From: Mayamaea pseudoterrestris
Taxonomy: Eukaryota
Direction of reading: 5' to 3'
DNA length: 64,000 bases
Assembly: GCA_027923505.1 (NCBI GenBank)
Contig: BROI01000003.1
Span: 1,240,001 to 1,304,000 of the forward strand
The notes under the pieces: model-generated
Database searches by the model: none
What the model saw: the letters and a program-made list of their open reading frames with translations, nothing else
What the model was told of the DNA's origin: nothing
Shown here: piece after piece, positions 1 to 10,400 of the stretch
How the letters are laid out: each line of letters begins with the position of its first letter
How positions within the stretch are numbered: the first letter of the stretch is position 1
Position numbers and translations under genes: made by a program

Positions 1-631
1 TCGTCGTCAACACTTTGGTAATATCTTCATTGAGCGTGCGAAAGACACCCTTGGCGTTGCCCTGCTTTTCCTCCTCCTCGGCAATCTCGCGCACCTTCCA
101 GGGATACAAGGTCGTGATTGCAATCTCGCACGCGTGCAGCAGCGCCAAAACGACAAAGAGGCCGAGAAAGAGGGCGCCCAAGCTCAACGCGTCCTTGCGC
201 TCCAGCGCCACGACGGATGCGCGACTGCCGAAACCGCCGCCGCCACCCGCCAATGCCATCTTTGGTGACATGCATGCAGTAGATAATAGTGCAATCATGC
301 TGATTGACGCAAAGTGAAGAATGCGGCGGCGTTTGGAAGTAGATGAAACTGTATTTTGATTTGCTCTTGCTTTCATGGGATTCGACCATGATGATGCTGC
401 TTCTCTCTTCTCGCGGCTCCATCGCTTCCAAAATTTCCATTTTCCTGATTTAATTCTTCTCTCTATAGTTACTTTATGACTCGCTGTAAGCCTTGTCGTT
501 GCTTGTAACCTTTTATGTTTTAAGGAAAATGATTGGACGAACTCGGTCGCGCGAGCGGTTCTAGGAAGCGTCGCAAAGCCCTCGACGAGATCATTACAGC
601 AAATCAACGAGAGAAGTAGATATGAACGCAT
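1..631 (-). CDS. 5' part of a DUF21/CNNM (CBS-domain, CorC/HlyC-like) Mg2+ transport family protein, probably plastid-targeted; runs off the left edge
   Basis: Frame not listed in the ORF track. Manual translation from ATG 631 gives MRSYLLLSLICCNDLVEG-FATLPR (signal peptide + F) ... LFVVLALLHACEIAITTLYPWKVREIAEEEEK..GVFRTLNEDITKVLTT, matching the plastid DUF21 motif E.(S/A)ITTL.PWKVRE.AE. Confidence 0.8.
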   Translation of the reverse strand, partial: MRSYLLLSLICCNDLVEGFATLPRTARATEFVQSFSLKHKRLQATTRLTASHKVTIERRIKSGKWKFWKRWSREKREAASSWSNPMKARANQNTVSSTSKRRRILHFASISMIALLSTACMSPKMALAGGGGGFGSRASVVALERKDALSLGALFLGLFVVLALLHACEIAITTLYPWKVREIAEEEEKQGNAKGVFRTLNEDITKVLTT

Positions 632-814
632 ATTGCAGGCTTGCTTGGAATAGAAAATAGCTTTTCTTGACGAGTGCGAACGAGTATCGAATGTCGTGGG
701 AGTAGGATCGCGAATTTGCGATGATCCAAACGCGGGGTGGTCGGGGTGATGTCACATAGTCCGGCTTTTCATTGCCGCTGGGCAGTAACGCTCCGACGCT
801 TGACATCGTCAAAG

Positions 815-828
815 CACACACACACACA
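815..828 (+). repeat. (CA)7 microsatellite at the left breakpoint of the tandem duplication
   Basis: gCACACACACACACAta read directly. Confidence 0.85.
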
Positions 829-1131
829 TAGCTGCTTACTCCGTTTCCATAGTGGAGCACTTCAGCACCTACGATGACTTTAATGCAAAAACGATCTCGT
901 GGACGATAACTAGTGCAAGTACAAGGACTTGAGTACAAGAAGAACTACGAGTGCGGAACATTTGGCTTGAAAATATTTGTCAGCGCCAGCCCTTTCCCAT
1001 TACTTCGTGAATGCTCGTCCAGTCAAAGATTAAGCCGTTCATCAATACCCAGCGCTTATGTAGCAATAGTCATTCGACATTATTATAAAACGCATAGTGC
1101 CTATTCATTTAGCACAACTTGTTGATACAAA

Positions 1132-2538
1132 CTATGGCGCCTTGACGCGAATATGTGCCCGCGGATGTCCCACGGCGCTGCCCAGCCACTTGCACAGCGC
1201 GGGAATGTAAAAGTAGCGCTCGCGCATGATGGCAACGTACTCGCTCGTGTAGTTGATCCCCAGCACGTACCACTGTCCCTCGCAGCGAATGGACGGCGGG
1301 TCGGGAGCGTTGAATATAAGAGTGCCGTATAGCAACACGACCATGCCCACTAGTTGGATCCAGCTGTATTCATTCCATGATTCGCCGTATTTGCCATTCG
1401 TAAGGACATAGAATATGAACAAGTCTGTGGCCCAGACGGTGACAGGCCGAAAGTTGTCGAGTATAGAATGCCAAACACTGCTCATATCCAGCGTGACTGT
1501 GGAATGTGCAGAGGTCAAAGGCAATAAAAACAGTGGTAAGTTGGCAAAAGTCTCGGGACATTAGAGAGGCCTCATGTACTTACTCAAAACCGCAAACAGG
1601 TTGTAGGCGAAAATTGTTCCAACATAGAAAGCAAACATGATCTGGATCGACGGCGTATCTTTGATCAGTTCCCATGTCGTAGCTGGATTCTCAAACGAGC
1701 CGCGATCACTTCCAGGGACAAGCATTGCAATCGGAGTCAGTACGACGGTGCAAATCAGTGTTCCCCAGAATCCCTCCATACCGAACAAGAGAAGCGGCGG
1801 CACCTTGAATGTTTCCGTCGTCATGACCTTTTCTTCGAATACAAACTGCAGCGACTGAATAAACGTTGCCAGCAGCATGAACAAAATACCCACCATCGTA
1901 TGGTTAGAGTCGTCGGCGATAGCCTTGCTGTTGGCGTTCCAGACCGCCGCAAGTCCAACCAATGTGAGCGCCACAACGTTCCATAGAACTCCAATCCATT
2001 GAAAGGAATACAATCGTTGACCCAGCATGGGTCGCTTCAGCAATGCGACAAATACAATCCCAGAACCTCGCAGCAGCTGATAGACACTGACATCCAGATA
2101 CAGCAGACCAATCATGGAAAATGCAGTCGCCAGCAAATCAAACATGGCAGGGATGCCCAAGTAGATCAACATCCAATTGGGAACGTGGTTTGGATTCGTC
2201 GATGCCGCATCCGCCGCGGCCGCAGCAGTCGCCACCAATGGCGTCGACTCCTCATCCGATGATTGTTGTTTCGTTGATATGTGTTTATAACCAGGAAACG
2301 GAAGCTTCCAATACACAATGATCCAGTGCAGCGGCAGTCCCAGGATCATGCCGACGAACATTCCCCACGTCAATGCCAATGGCCTATCGAACGAGTGTAT
2401 TTTGCCACTGTTTGTCACGCCCTCCAGTTCCATAATGACTTTGCTGAAAATGGAGCAAAGGGTGCCGGCCGTCACGGCAATCAGAAACAGCATGCGCTCG
2501 TACGGGCCTTCCCTCGTGACATGACCGTGTGACGACAT
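1132..2538 (-). CDS. SLC35F-like (DMT superfamily, nucleotide-sugar-transporter-like) membrane protein, copy 1; join(1584..2538,1132..1496)
   Basis: Multiple TM helices; IPAMFDLLAT, SVYQLLRGSGIVF, QFVFEEK, GMEGFWG, HSILDNFRPVTVW. The 87-nt GT-AG intron 1497-1583 joins the two ORFs in frame (AVL-I-TLDM). Confidence 0.85.
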
Positions 2539-2810
2539 AATATGGTTGCCTGCTGTTTGCTTTTTTGTAGACGAACGACAGTGGAGCTGTTCACGCTCTC
2601 GACTTGGTGATTGGACTTTGGTGGAATCTGGTTGACTGTGAGGTTGTCGGAAGATATGGCAAGGATCTCGAGTTTTCGAAAGAATGCTGAGATCCGACGA
2701 GACTTTGGCACGAATGAGAAGACATGAGCTACCGGTATCGGTATCTTACTCGCGCACTGTTACTTCCTTGCCTGGCTGACCGAACATGCCAATTTAAGAG
2801 ACTGTGACGG

Positions 2811-3059
2811 CTATAAATTCTCTAAGGCTTTTAGTTTAGTCTGTGCTACTGGACCCGAGTACCATAGTGTTCCTGGCGTTGTCGTCAGTTTCTCTACGAT
2901 GCGTCGCCGGGATGCATCATCCTTGTAGCGCTGCTCCGGCAAATACACGCCAGCTCCTTCATGCTTCAAACAGTCCATTGCAAACGTAGCACAAGACTGA
3001 CCAACACATGTTCGAAAGGACTGGTGGCCCTGCGTGATGCTGTATCCGCTGTCGTCGCG
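2811..3059 (-). pseudogene. Orphan duplicated 3' fragment of the saccharopine-dehydrogenase-like gene
   Basis: RDDSGYSITQGHQSFRTCVGQSCATFAMDCL...ENL*, paralogous to 5046-5296 and cut at the duplication junction. Confidence 0.8.
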
Positions 3060-3366
3060 CACATAGCTGCTTACTCCGTTTCCATAGTGGAGCACTTCAG
3101 CACCTACGATGACTTTAATGCAAAAACGATCTCGTGGACGATAACTAGTGCAAGTACAAGGACTTGAGTACAAGAAGAACTACGAGTGCGGAACATTTGG
3201 CTTGAAAATATTTGTCAGCGCCAGCCCTTTCCCATTACTTCGTGAATGCTCGTCCAGTCAAAGATTAAGCCGTTCATCAATACCCAGCGCTTATGTAGCA
3301 ATAGTCATTCGACATTATTATAAAACGCATAGTGCCTATTCATTTAGCACAACTTGTTGATACAAA

Positions 3367-4773
3367 CTATGGCGCCTTGACGCGAATATGTGCCCGCGGA
3401 TGTCCCACGGCGCTGCCCAGCCACTTGCACAGCGCGGGAATGTAAAAGTAGCGCTCGCGCATGATGGCAACGTACTCGCTCGTGTAGTTGATCCCCAGCA
3501 CGTACCACTGTCCCTCGCAGCGAATGGACGGCGGGTCGGGAGCGTTGAATATAAGAGTGCCGTATAGCAACACGACCATGCCCACTAGTTGGATCCAGCT
3601 GTATTCATTCCATGATTCGCCGTATTTGCCATTCGTAAGGACATAGAATATGAACAAGTCTGTGGCCCAGACGGTGACAGGCCGAAAGTTGTCGAGTATA
3701 GAATGCCAAACACTGCTCATATCCAGCGTGACTGTGGAATGTGCAGAGGTCAAAGGCAATAAAAACAGTGGTAAGTTGGCAAAAGTCTCGGGACATTAGA
3801 GAGGCCTCATGTACTTACTCAAAACCGCAAACAGGTTGTAGGCGAAAATTGTTCCAACATAGAAAGCAAACATGATCTGGATCGACGGCGTATCTTTGAT
3901 CAGTTCCCATGTCGTAGCTGGATTCTCAAACGAGCCGCGATCACTTCCAGGGACAAGCATTGCAATCGGAGTCAGTACGACGGTGCAAATCAGTGTTCCC
4001 CAGAATCCCTCCATACCGAACAAGAGAAGCGGCGGCACCTTGAATGTTTCCGTCGTCATGACCTTTTCTTCGAATACAAACTGCAGCGACTGAATAAACG
4101 TTGCCAGCAGCATGAACAAAATACCCACCATCGTATGGTTAGAGTCGTCGGCGATAGCCTTGCTGTTGGCGTTCCAGACCGCCGCAAGTCCAACCAATGT
4201 GAGCGCCACAACGTTCCATAGAACTCCAATCCATTGAAAGGAATACAATCGTTGACCCAGCATGGGTCGCTTCAGCAATGCGACAAATACAATCCCAGAA
4301 CCTCGCAGCAGCTGATAGACACTGACATCCAGATACAGCAGACCAATCATGGAAAATGCAGTCGCCAGCAAATCAAACATGGCAGGGATGCCCAAGTAGA
4401 TCAACATCCAATTGGGAACGTGGTTTGGATTCGTCGATGCCGCATCCGCCGCGGCCGCAGCAGTCGCCACCAATGGCGTCGACTCCTCATCCGATGATTG
4501 TTGTTTCGTTGATATGTGTTTATAACCAGGAAACGGAAGCTTCCAATACACAATGATCCAGTGCAGCGGCAGTCCCAGGATCATGCCGACGAACATTCCC
4601 CACGTCAATGCCAATGGCCTATCGAACGAGTGTATTTTGCCACTGTTTGTCACGCCCTCCAGTTCCATAATGACTTTGCTGAAAATGGAGCAAAGGGTGC
4701 CGGCCGTCACGGCAATCAGAAACAGCATGCGCTCGTACGGGCCTTCCCTCGTGACATGACCGTGTGACGACAT
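3367..4773 (-). CDS. SLC35F-like transporter, copy 2; join(3819..4773,3367..3731)
   Basis: Translation identical to copy 1 at offset +2235. Confidence 0.85.
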
Positions 4774-5045
4774 AATATGGTTGCCTGCTGTTTGCTTTTT
4801 TGTAGACGAACGACAGTGGAGCTGTTCACGCTCTCGACTTGGTGATTGGACTTTGGTGGAATCTGGTTGACTGTGAGGTTGTCGGAAGATATGGCAAGGA
4901 TCTCGAGTTTTCGAAAGAATGCTGAGATCCGACGAGACTTTGGCACGAATGAGAAGACATGAGCTACCGGTATCGGTATCTTACTCGCGCACTGTTACTT
5001 CCTTGCCTGGCTGACCGAACATGCCAATTTAAGAGACTGTGACGG

Positions 5046-5296
5046 CTATAAATTCTCTAAGGCTTTTAGTTTAGTCTGTGCTACTGGACCCGAGTACCAT
5101 AGTGTTCCTGGCGTTGTCGTCAGTTTCTCTACGATGCGTCGCCGGGATGCATCATCCTTGTAGCGCTGCTCCGGCAAATACACGCCAGCTCCTTCATGGT
5201 TCAAACAGTCCAACGCAAACGTAGCACAAGACTGACCAACACAGGTTCGAAAGGACTGGTGACCCTGCGTAATGCTGTATCCGCTGTTGTCGCGTC
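5046..5296 (-). pseudogene. 3' part of the saccharopine-dehydrogenase-like gene, separated from its 5' part by the copia insertion
   Basis: Removing the element and one TSD copy restores the frame ...HAMRIDVTRR|DNSGYSITQGHQSFRTCVGQSCATFALDCL..GVYLPEQ...ENL*. Confidence 0.85.
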
Positions 5297-5839
5297 TGCT
5301 GGGATCCCCGTTTTGGCCGACGAACAAAGCAACATTGAAAAGGACATCGACACAGTCCCAGCGGCACCAAGACACGGAACATCCCGTTCACGACCACACT
5401 CCTACGACGGCGAGAGTAGAAAGTCAGCCACTGGCCCAAACCCTACACACTTCACCGTACCCGAAGAATTCACGACTGACAACCGTAGAAAGACTACCAC
5501 AGGTACATCGAATACCGGAACCGGCGTACACAGCGAATGTTGGGACTCTACAGAGCGAAGCCGTGCAAACACTACCAGCAGTGAAGACCATACTGCCAGT
5601 TCTGTAGACGGACGAGAGCCATCTCACCTACGGGATGGCCAGTACAAAATGACACGACCGGTAGACAATATACATACGTATGAATGAGAAGCCACTCTTG
5701 GATGCGAAATCGACCGCTTCACTTTCGTCTCATTCTAGAGGATCTACTAACAATAGATTCAAAGTTTCCCCAGTCTTTTAGCGTTTAAACCGTCTTTTCT
5801 CCCTACTTCCGTACGGACCTTCATCTTGGATCTCAAGCA
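5297..5839 (+). repeat. 5' LTR (543 bp, TGCT...AGCA)
   Basis: Matches 15452-15994. One mismatch seen (A5354 / G15509). Confidence 0.97.
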
Positions 5840-6366
5840 AAGTAATTACTTGCCGATTGAACCAAGATCTTTTTACCAAGTTTCCAAAGCATTGAACAAA
5901 ACCGGACGCGGATTTCTTCAAGCCCTTTCTGTCAACCTCGAATTTCCAACGCTCTGCAGCAACAAGCGGAGTATTGAGTGAGCAAGAGCAAGCCTACAAG
6001 CAACCCTTTTGCCTTTATCTTTCAGTTTACCTCGAGTTGGATCAAGCGTTTGATCAAGGCCAACGTCGTCGAGCAGATTTCAAGTCTCCATCAGTTGAGC
6101 AGAACTACTTTACCTAGTCTGCCGAGCACTCTTCTTTCCAAGTCGCCTCTCACTCCACAAGTCACGCGCCTTCTTTACAGTTTTCTTCGTCGCTTCAACA
6201 CAAGCCGCCAAGTCTTTAATTCTTCACGACGCCTTCTACAAGTCGTCGTCCTCTTCACCAACATTACTTTACACGAGTTCAACCCTTCAAGTCTCCAATC
6301 GGTCGCTCCAGAAGGCCGCCCAGTAATCCGACTTACCGCCGCCGATCAAATTGCAAGCAATCAAGA

Positions 6367-7437
6367 ATGAGAGCGCATTTCAACCGAGTCCAACCCGCGC
6401 GACAGCTTTCGTCGTCTTTCGAAGCAAAAGACCTATCGCATCCAGTAACTCTCTACTTCCTCAAGAAGACTCGTTTCCTGCTTCAAAAGGACGAAGAAAA
6501 CAGACGTCAAGACTTGCAAAGACTTGCTGAAGTACCAGATATAAACACAGAGACGACGTGCGCTTGTTCTGTGTGCATCGCCAATACACAAACACACGTA
6601 CCCTCGCCAAGCAGCGACTCATCGCCAGCCAACGAGCAATTAGAGACATCGCCAACAAGCACGACGCATACTTGCCGATCAATCAATTCAATTCGCCAAC
6701 AAGAAGCAAATCAAGCGTCAGTTAGACAAGCGCATCGCCAAGACACAAGACCATCGCAACAAACTCTTCGCTCACAGAACGTTTCAAGCACTTACCAAGA
6801 AGCATCTCGCATCGCAACAGTTCAAAGCGTCGCAGACCGTCGTCAAGCACTTCTTCAACAACGAAACAGACAGCGACAAGCAAGTCAAGAGCGCGCATCA
6901 ACAACGCAACAAGCTTCGAACAATCTTCAACGCAATCGAATCACTGTTAGTCAAAGACGCAACCAACGACGCAACGAAACGAACAGCAATCGTCCTTACC
7001 AGCAGCGTTTAAGACAGCAACAAGCGAATCGAATCGTCACGCCAACCCGACAGCAAAACCGAACCTCCAATCCAACACTTCGAGTCCAGCCTCGCATCAA
7101 CGACACGCGCAACACTACAACTCATCATACACGCGATATAAACAGTCTTCAAGCTCAAGTAACTCGTTTAAATCATCTTCTTAATCAACAACAACGACAG
7201 CTGCACTTACAAGCTCAACGAAATCGACAAGTGACAAATCAACAACGTGTCCATCGTCGCGATCAACACGCTCAACAGTTCCACGCTCGTTCACGTTTTC
7301 AAACTCCGTCACATCAGCAACTCAATTGGCCACGTCAGCAACGTTTAGCTACCCCAAACCGTCAATCTCCATTCACTGACAACCACGTTAGCTATCAACG
7401 TCCGACCAATAGCCAAAACTTTTACTACTCATTCTAA
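6367..7437 (+). CDS. Extra upstream ORF inside the retrotransposon, 356 aa, Q/R/N/S/T-rich, function unknown
   Basis: Stop-free 1,071 nt between the 5' LTR and gag, ending 8 nt before the gag ATG. CxCxxC near the N-terminus; coiled-coil-like DINSLQAQVTRLNHLLNQQQ. Confidence 0.6.
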   Translation: MRAHFNRVQPARQLSSSFEAKDLSHPVTLYFLKKTRFLLQKDEENRRQDLQRLAEVPDINTETTCACSVCIANTQTHVPSPSSDSSPANEQLETSPTSTTHTCRSINSIRQQEANQASVRQAHRQDTRPSQQTLRSQNVSSTYQEASRIATVQSVADRRQALLQQRNRQRQASQERASTTQQASNNLQRNRITVSQRRNQRRNETNSNRPYQQRLRQQQANRIVTPTRQQNRTSNPTLRVQPRINDTRNTTTHHTRDINSLQAQVTRLNHLLNQQQRQLHLQAQRNRQVTNQQRVHRRDQHAQQFHARSRFQTPSHQQLNWPRQQRLATPNRQSPFTDNHVSYQRPTNSQNFYYSF

Positions 7438-7445
7438 TCGCAACC

Positions 7446-10400
7446 ATGACCGACCAACAAGAAGACATCACTATGAATGCGCTTTACAAAACGCCAAAGA
7501 TAACCAATACCATCGAAGCCTTTCCATCATGGTTCAACCAGTTCAAGAATCATGCAAGAATTGCAGGCTGCCGCCGTCCTATAAGAGGCAGTCGACCCGA
7601 GCACTTACCTGCTACCCAGAATGAAGTCATTACTGATCCCGCAGCTAACGCAACGGCAGACGAAATCCAAATCATTCGAAACAAACAAGCGGAACGCAAG
7701 CAGAATGAAACGCTCATGCAAATGCTTTCCATCGCATTGTCGCCATTCCCCGAGCTGAACGACCATCTTGTCGGAGCAGAATCAACAGAGTATCCAGGAG
7801 GCGAAGCTTGGAAGGTTATCAACGCATTGGAAATCAAGTTTTCTCCAGACAAGTTCATGGCACCAACACTTTACCGACGAAGCATTCAAAATCTCAAGCT
7901 CGAACGACCAACAGCAAACCCTCAAGACCTCATCGACCTCATGCAATCGCAAGCCATCAAGTTCAACCAAACACTTCTTGCAGAAGACCTGATGGCTACG
8001 CTCATGAACAAGCTGCCGCCTCAATACTGCCTCGCTCTAGCGCAAGAGCAAAAGACCAAGCAACGCGCTCTGACCAAGACCGAAATGGAGGGCGTCGTGT
8101 CGACTATCTACCAAACGATTTACGCAGCAGAAGATGAAGAAGCTTTAATACAAGGAGTCAACGAGATTGTTCTATATGCAGCACAACCAGAACCGCCGCA
8201 ACAAGAAACTTCACGCCAACAAAACACTCGTCAGCATCAAGCGCCGCCAACTCGCAATGAACGCCCGCAAACCAACTATAACAACACGCGAAATCCGCCA
8301 TCATTCAAATGCTACCTTTGCCATCAACCGTATCATCGAAGTGCCGACTGCTTTGAAAGAGTCGAAAACGCCCATCGTCGTCCTCGCGGATGGAATACTC
8401 GCCTGTCAATCGAAGCTCGTCGTCAATTGGAAGATGAAGAAGCACGAGAGCAACAAGAGCGGGGTTTAGAACGCCCAAGAGAGCGTCCTCGCAATTCAAA
8501 TCGACAGCAAGACCGTCGTCTTCCTCAAGATGATCAGCAAGAAGACCGTCGTTATCGCCAGAATCGCAACAACGAGCGCACAAGAGACCAACCAAGAGAC
8601 AACGATTATCGTCGCCGAGATCATCAAGAGCAACCACGTCAACTTGAGCATCAAAACCATCGTCAAGAGCCTCACCCGCGAACCATCATGCGTGAGCAAG
8701 TGCCTCGTCAAGCGCCATTACTACTCGAACAAGGACTTGCAGCAGTACACGAAGCTCTTCAGTTGACTCAGCGATCACATCGCTCCTCTTCGCAACGTTC
8801 CTCTTCAAGCCGCCGTTATCCTTCTACAAACTCAAGGAGCGAATTTGCCTTCATACATGCCGACTTAGTTGATGAAACTTATCCAGCACTCCCTACTCGC
8901 ACTCCTGCAGCTCCAACACCGTCGCCTTTATATCCACAAACCAATTGGCGTGGTCTACAGCCACATCAGATTAAAGACTATTCATCGGAAGACGATTCAT
9001 CAATCGAGCAGCCTCCAGCTCCACCAACAACTCGAACGAAACGCACAAGACCAACGTCAAGCACCACCAACAAGAAGCAAGCCGTCGAATTAGTGTCTTT
9101 AACAAAGTCGTCCGCAACGAGTGAGTCACCAAAGCCAAAGCCAAATCTTCCATCGTCAAATCTCAATGGACGCAGTTGGGCATCCATATGCGGCGACCCA
9201 AGCACAAGTGATGAAGAAGAAAGTGACTTTGAAGACGAATTTGTCAACAGCAAGACTCCAACCGAGCAAGAACGGAGACACTTCAGCACTTTAATTCAAA
9301 ACATTGAAACACTTGAGCAAACGAAGCAAGAAGATGGGAAGGGTCTGCTATTTCACAAACAAGACGAGCCAAGTAAATCAGAGCAACAAGTCCACACATC
9401 AATTGAAGAGCAAGCAAGCAACCTCAACGATTCCTACCATGGCTACAACGCTACGCAAAGCACCAATAACGTCACAACGAGCAGCGACACAACTGAAGCC
9501 ACTAATCTTGAGCCAACAACCACAAACGCCAACGAATGCGACACACATGAGCGCACCGACAACGTCACAACTTGCAGCGCCGACAAGGATTCAACTCCAA
9601 CAACAAGTCCTCCAATTGAATTGAAAGAAGAAGAAAGTGTAGAAGAACTCGTAGCGACAAGCTTTGCGCAATGGCGAGGAGACTGGCTACCCAAAGACTT
9701 CCTTACAGCAGACGAGCTAAAAGAAGTCGAGCACTTGTATCCAACCTTTGCTCCAAGAATTCCAAACAACATTCCGCCACAAGCCAACTCGAATGATCTA
9801 CCGCCATTCCACGTCTTGCAAAGCGTCCTGTTCATCAATCCCCCACTATACGAGCTGTCAGACGCCATAAAAGTGATGTTTGCCGATCTACAAGAGTTCT
9901 TTCTCGAGCACATAGCCATGCCACACGCCTTTACGCATCAAGAAGCAATCGACTCAACGCGAGACCGCTACTACCAATACACTGGTCTCCGAGTCTGGGA
10001 TACAGAGCGAGTCGAAATCATCATGAGCAATCCTGGCGACGAAGAAACCAACTCAGATGACGCAACTTACGATTCAGATGCGTACCCGAGCAGTCAAAGC
10101 TACAGATCAGACTCCTTCACCTATGAAGGCTATCAAGCTTTTCTTCAATCCTGGGAGCACCGCAATCAAGCGCCTGAGCATGTCGTTTCTCGAGCGCGCT
10201 ACGAAACCACCATCCAACAAATAAAGAAGGATGAGCAAGACATCGAGACAAACCCTGCAAGCGCCGCACGACTGTGCATGCTTGAACGTTTCAGCCAAAG
10301 GCGTTTCCTCAAGGATCTCATCTTCTGGTTCGAAGAAATCAATGAGGAAGACGAAGAAGCACTGTTTGACGAACGTTTAAAAGTTGTCATTGATCATGCA

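Larger units (their letters stand above)
825..5294. repeat. Tandem segmental duplication, 2 x 2,235 bp (825-3059 and 3060-5294)
   Basis: Identical ORFs recur at offset 2235. Identity begins at cacatagctgc (825/3060). The only differences I noticed are 7 substitutions in the last ~100 bp of the unit. Confidence 0.95.

Noticed and set aside
27..440. Listed 137-aa and 100-aa ORFs at the window start
   Set aside because: The real coding frame is a third, edge-truncated minus frame (DUF21 protein from ATG 631).
5196..5687. 163-aa ORF crossing into the 5' LTR
   Set aside because: Chimera of flank and the open LTR frame that forms the Pol tail in the 3' LTR; not an independent gene.
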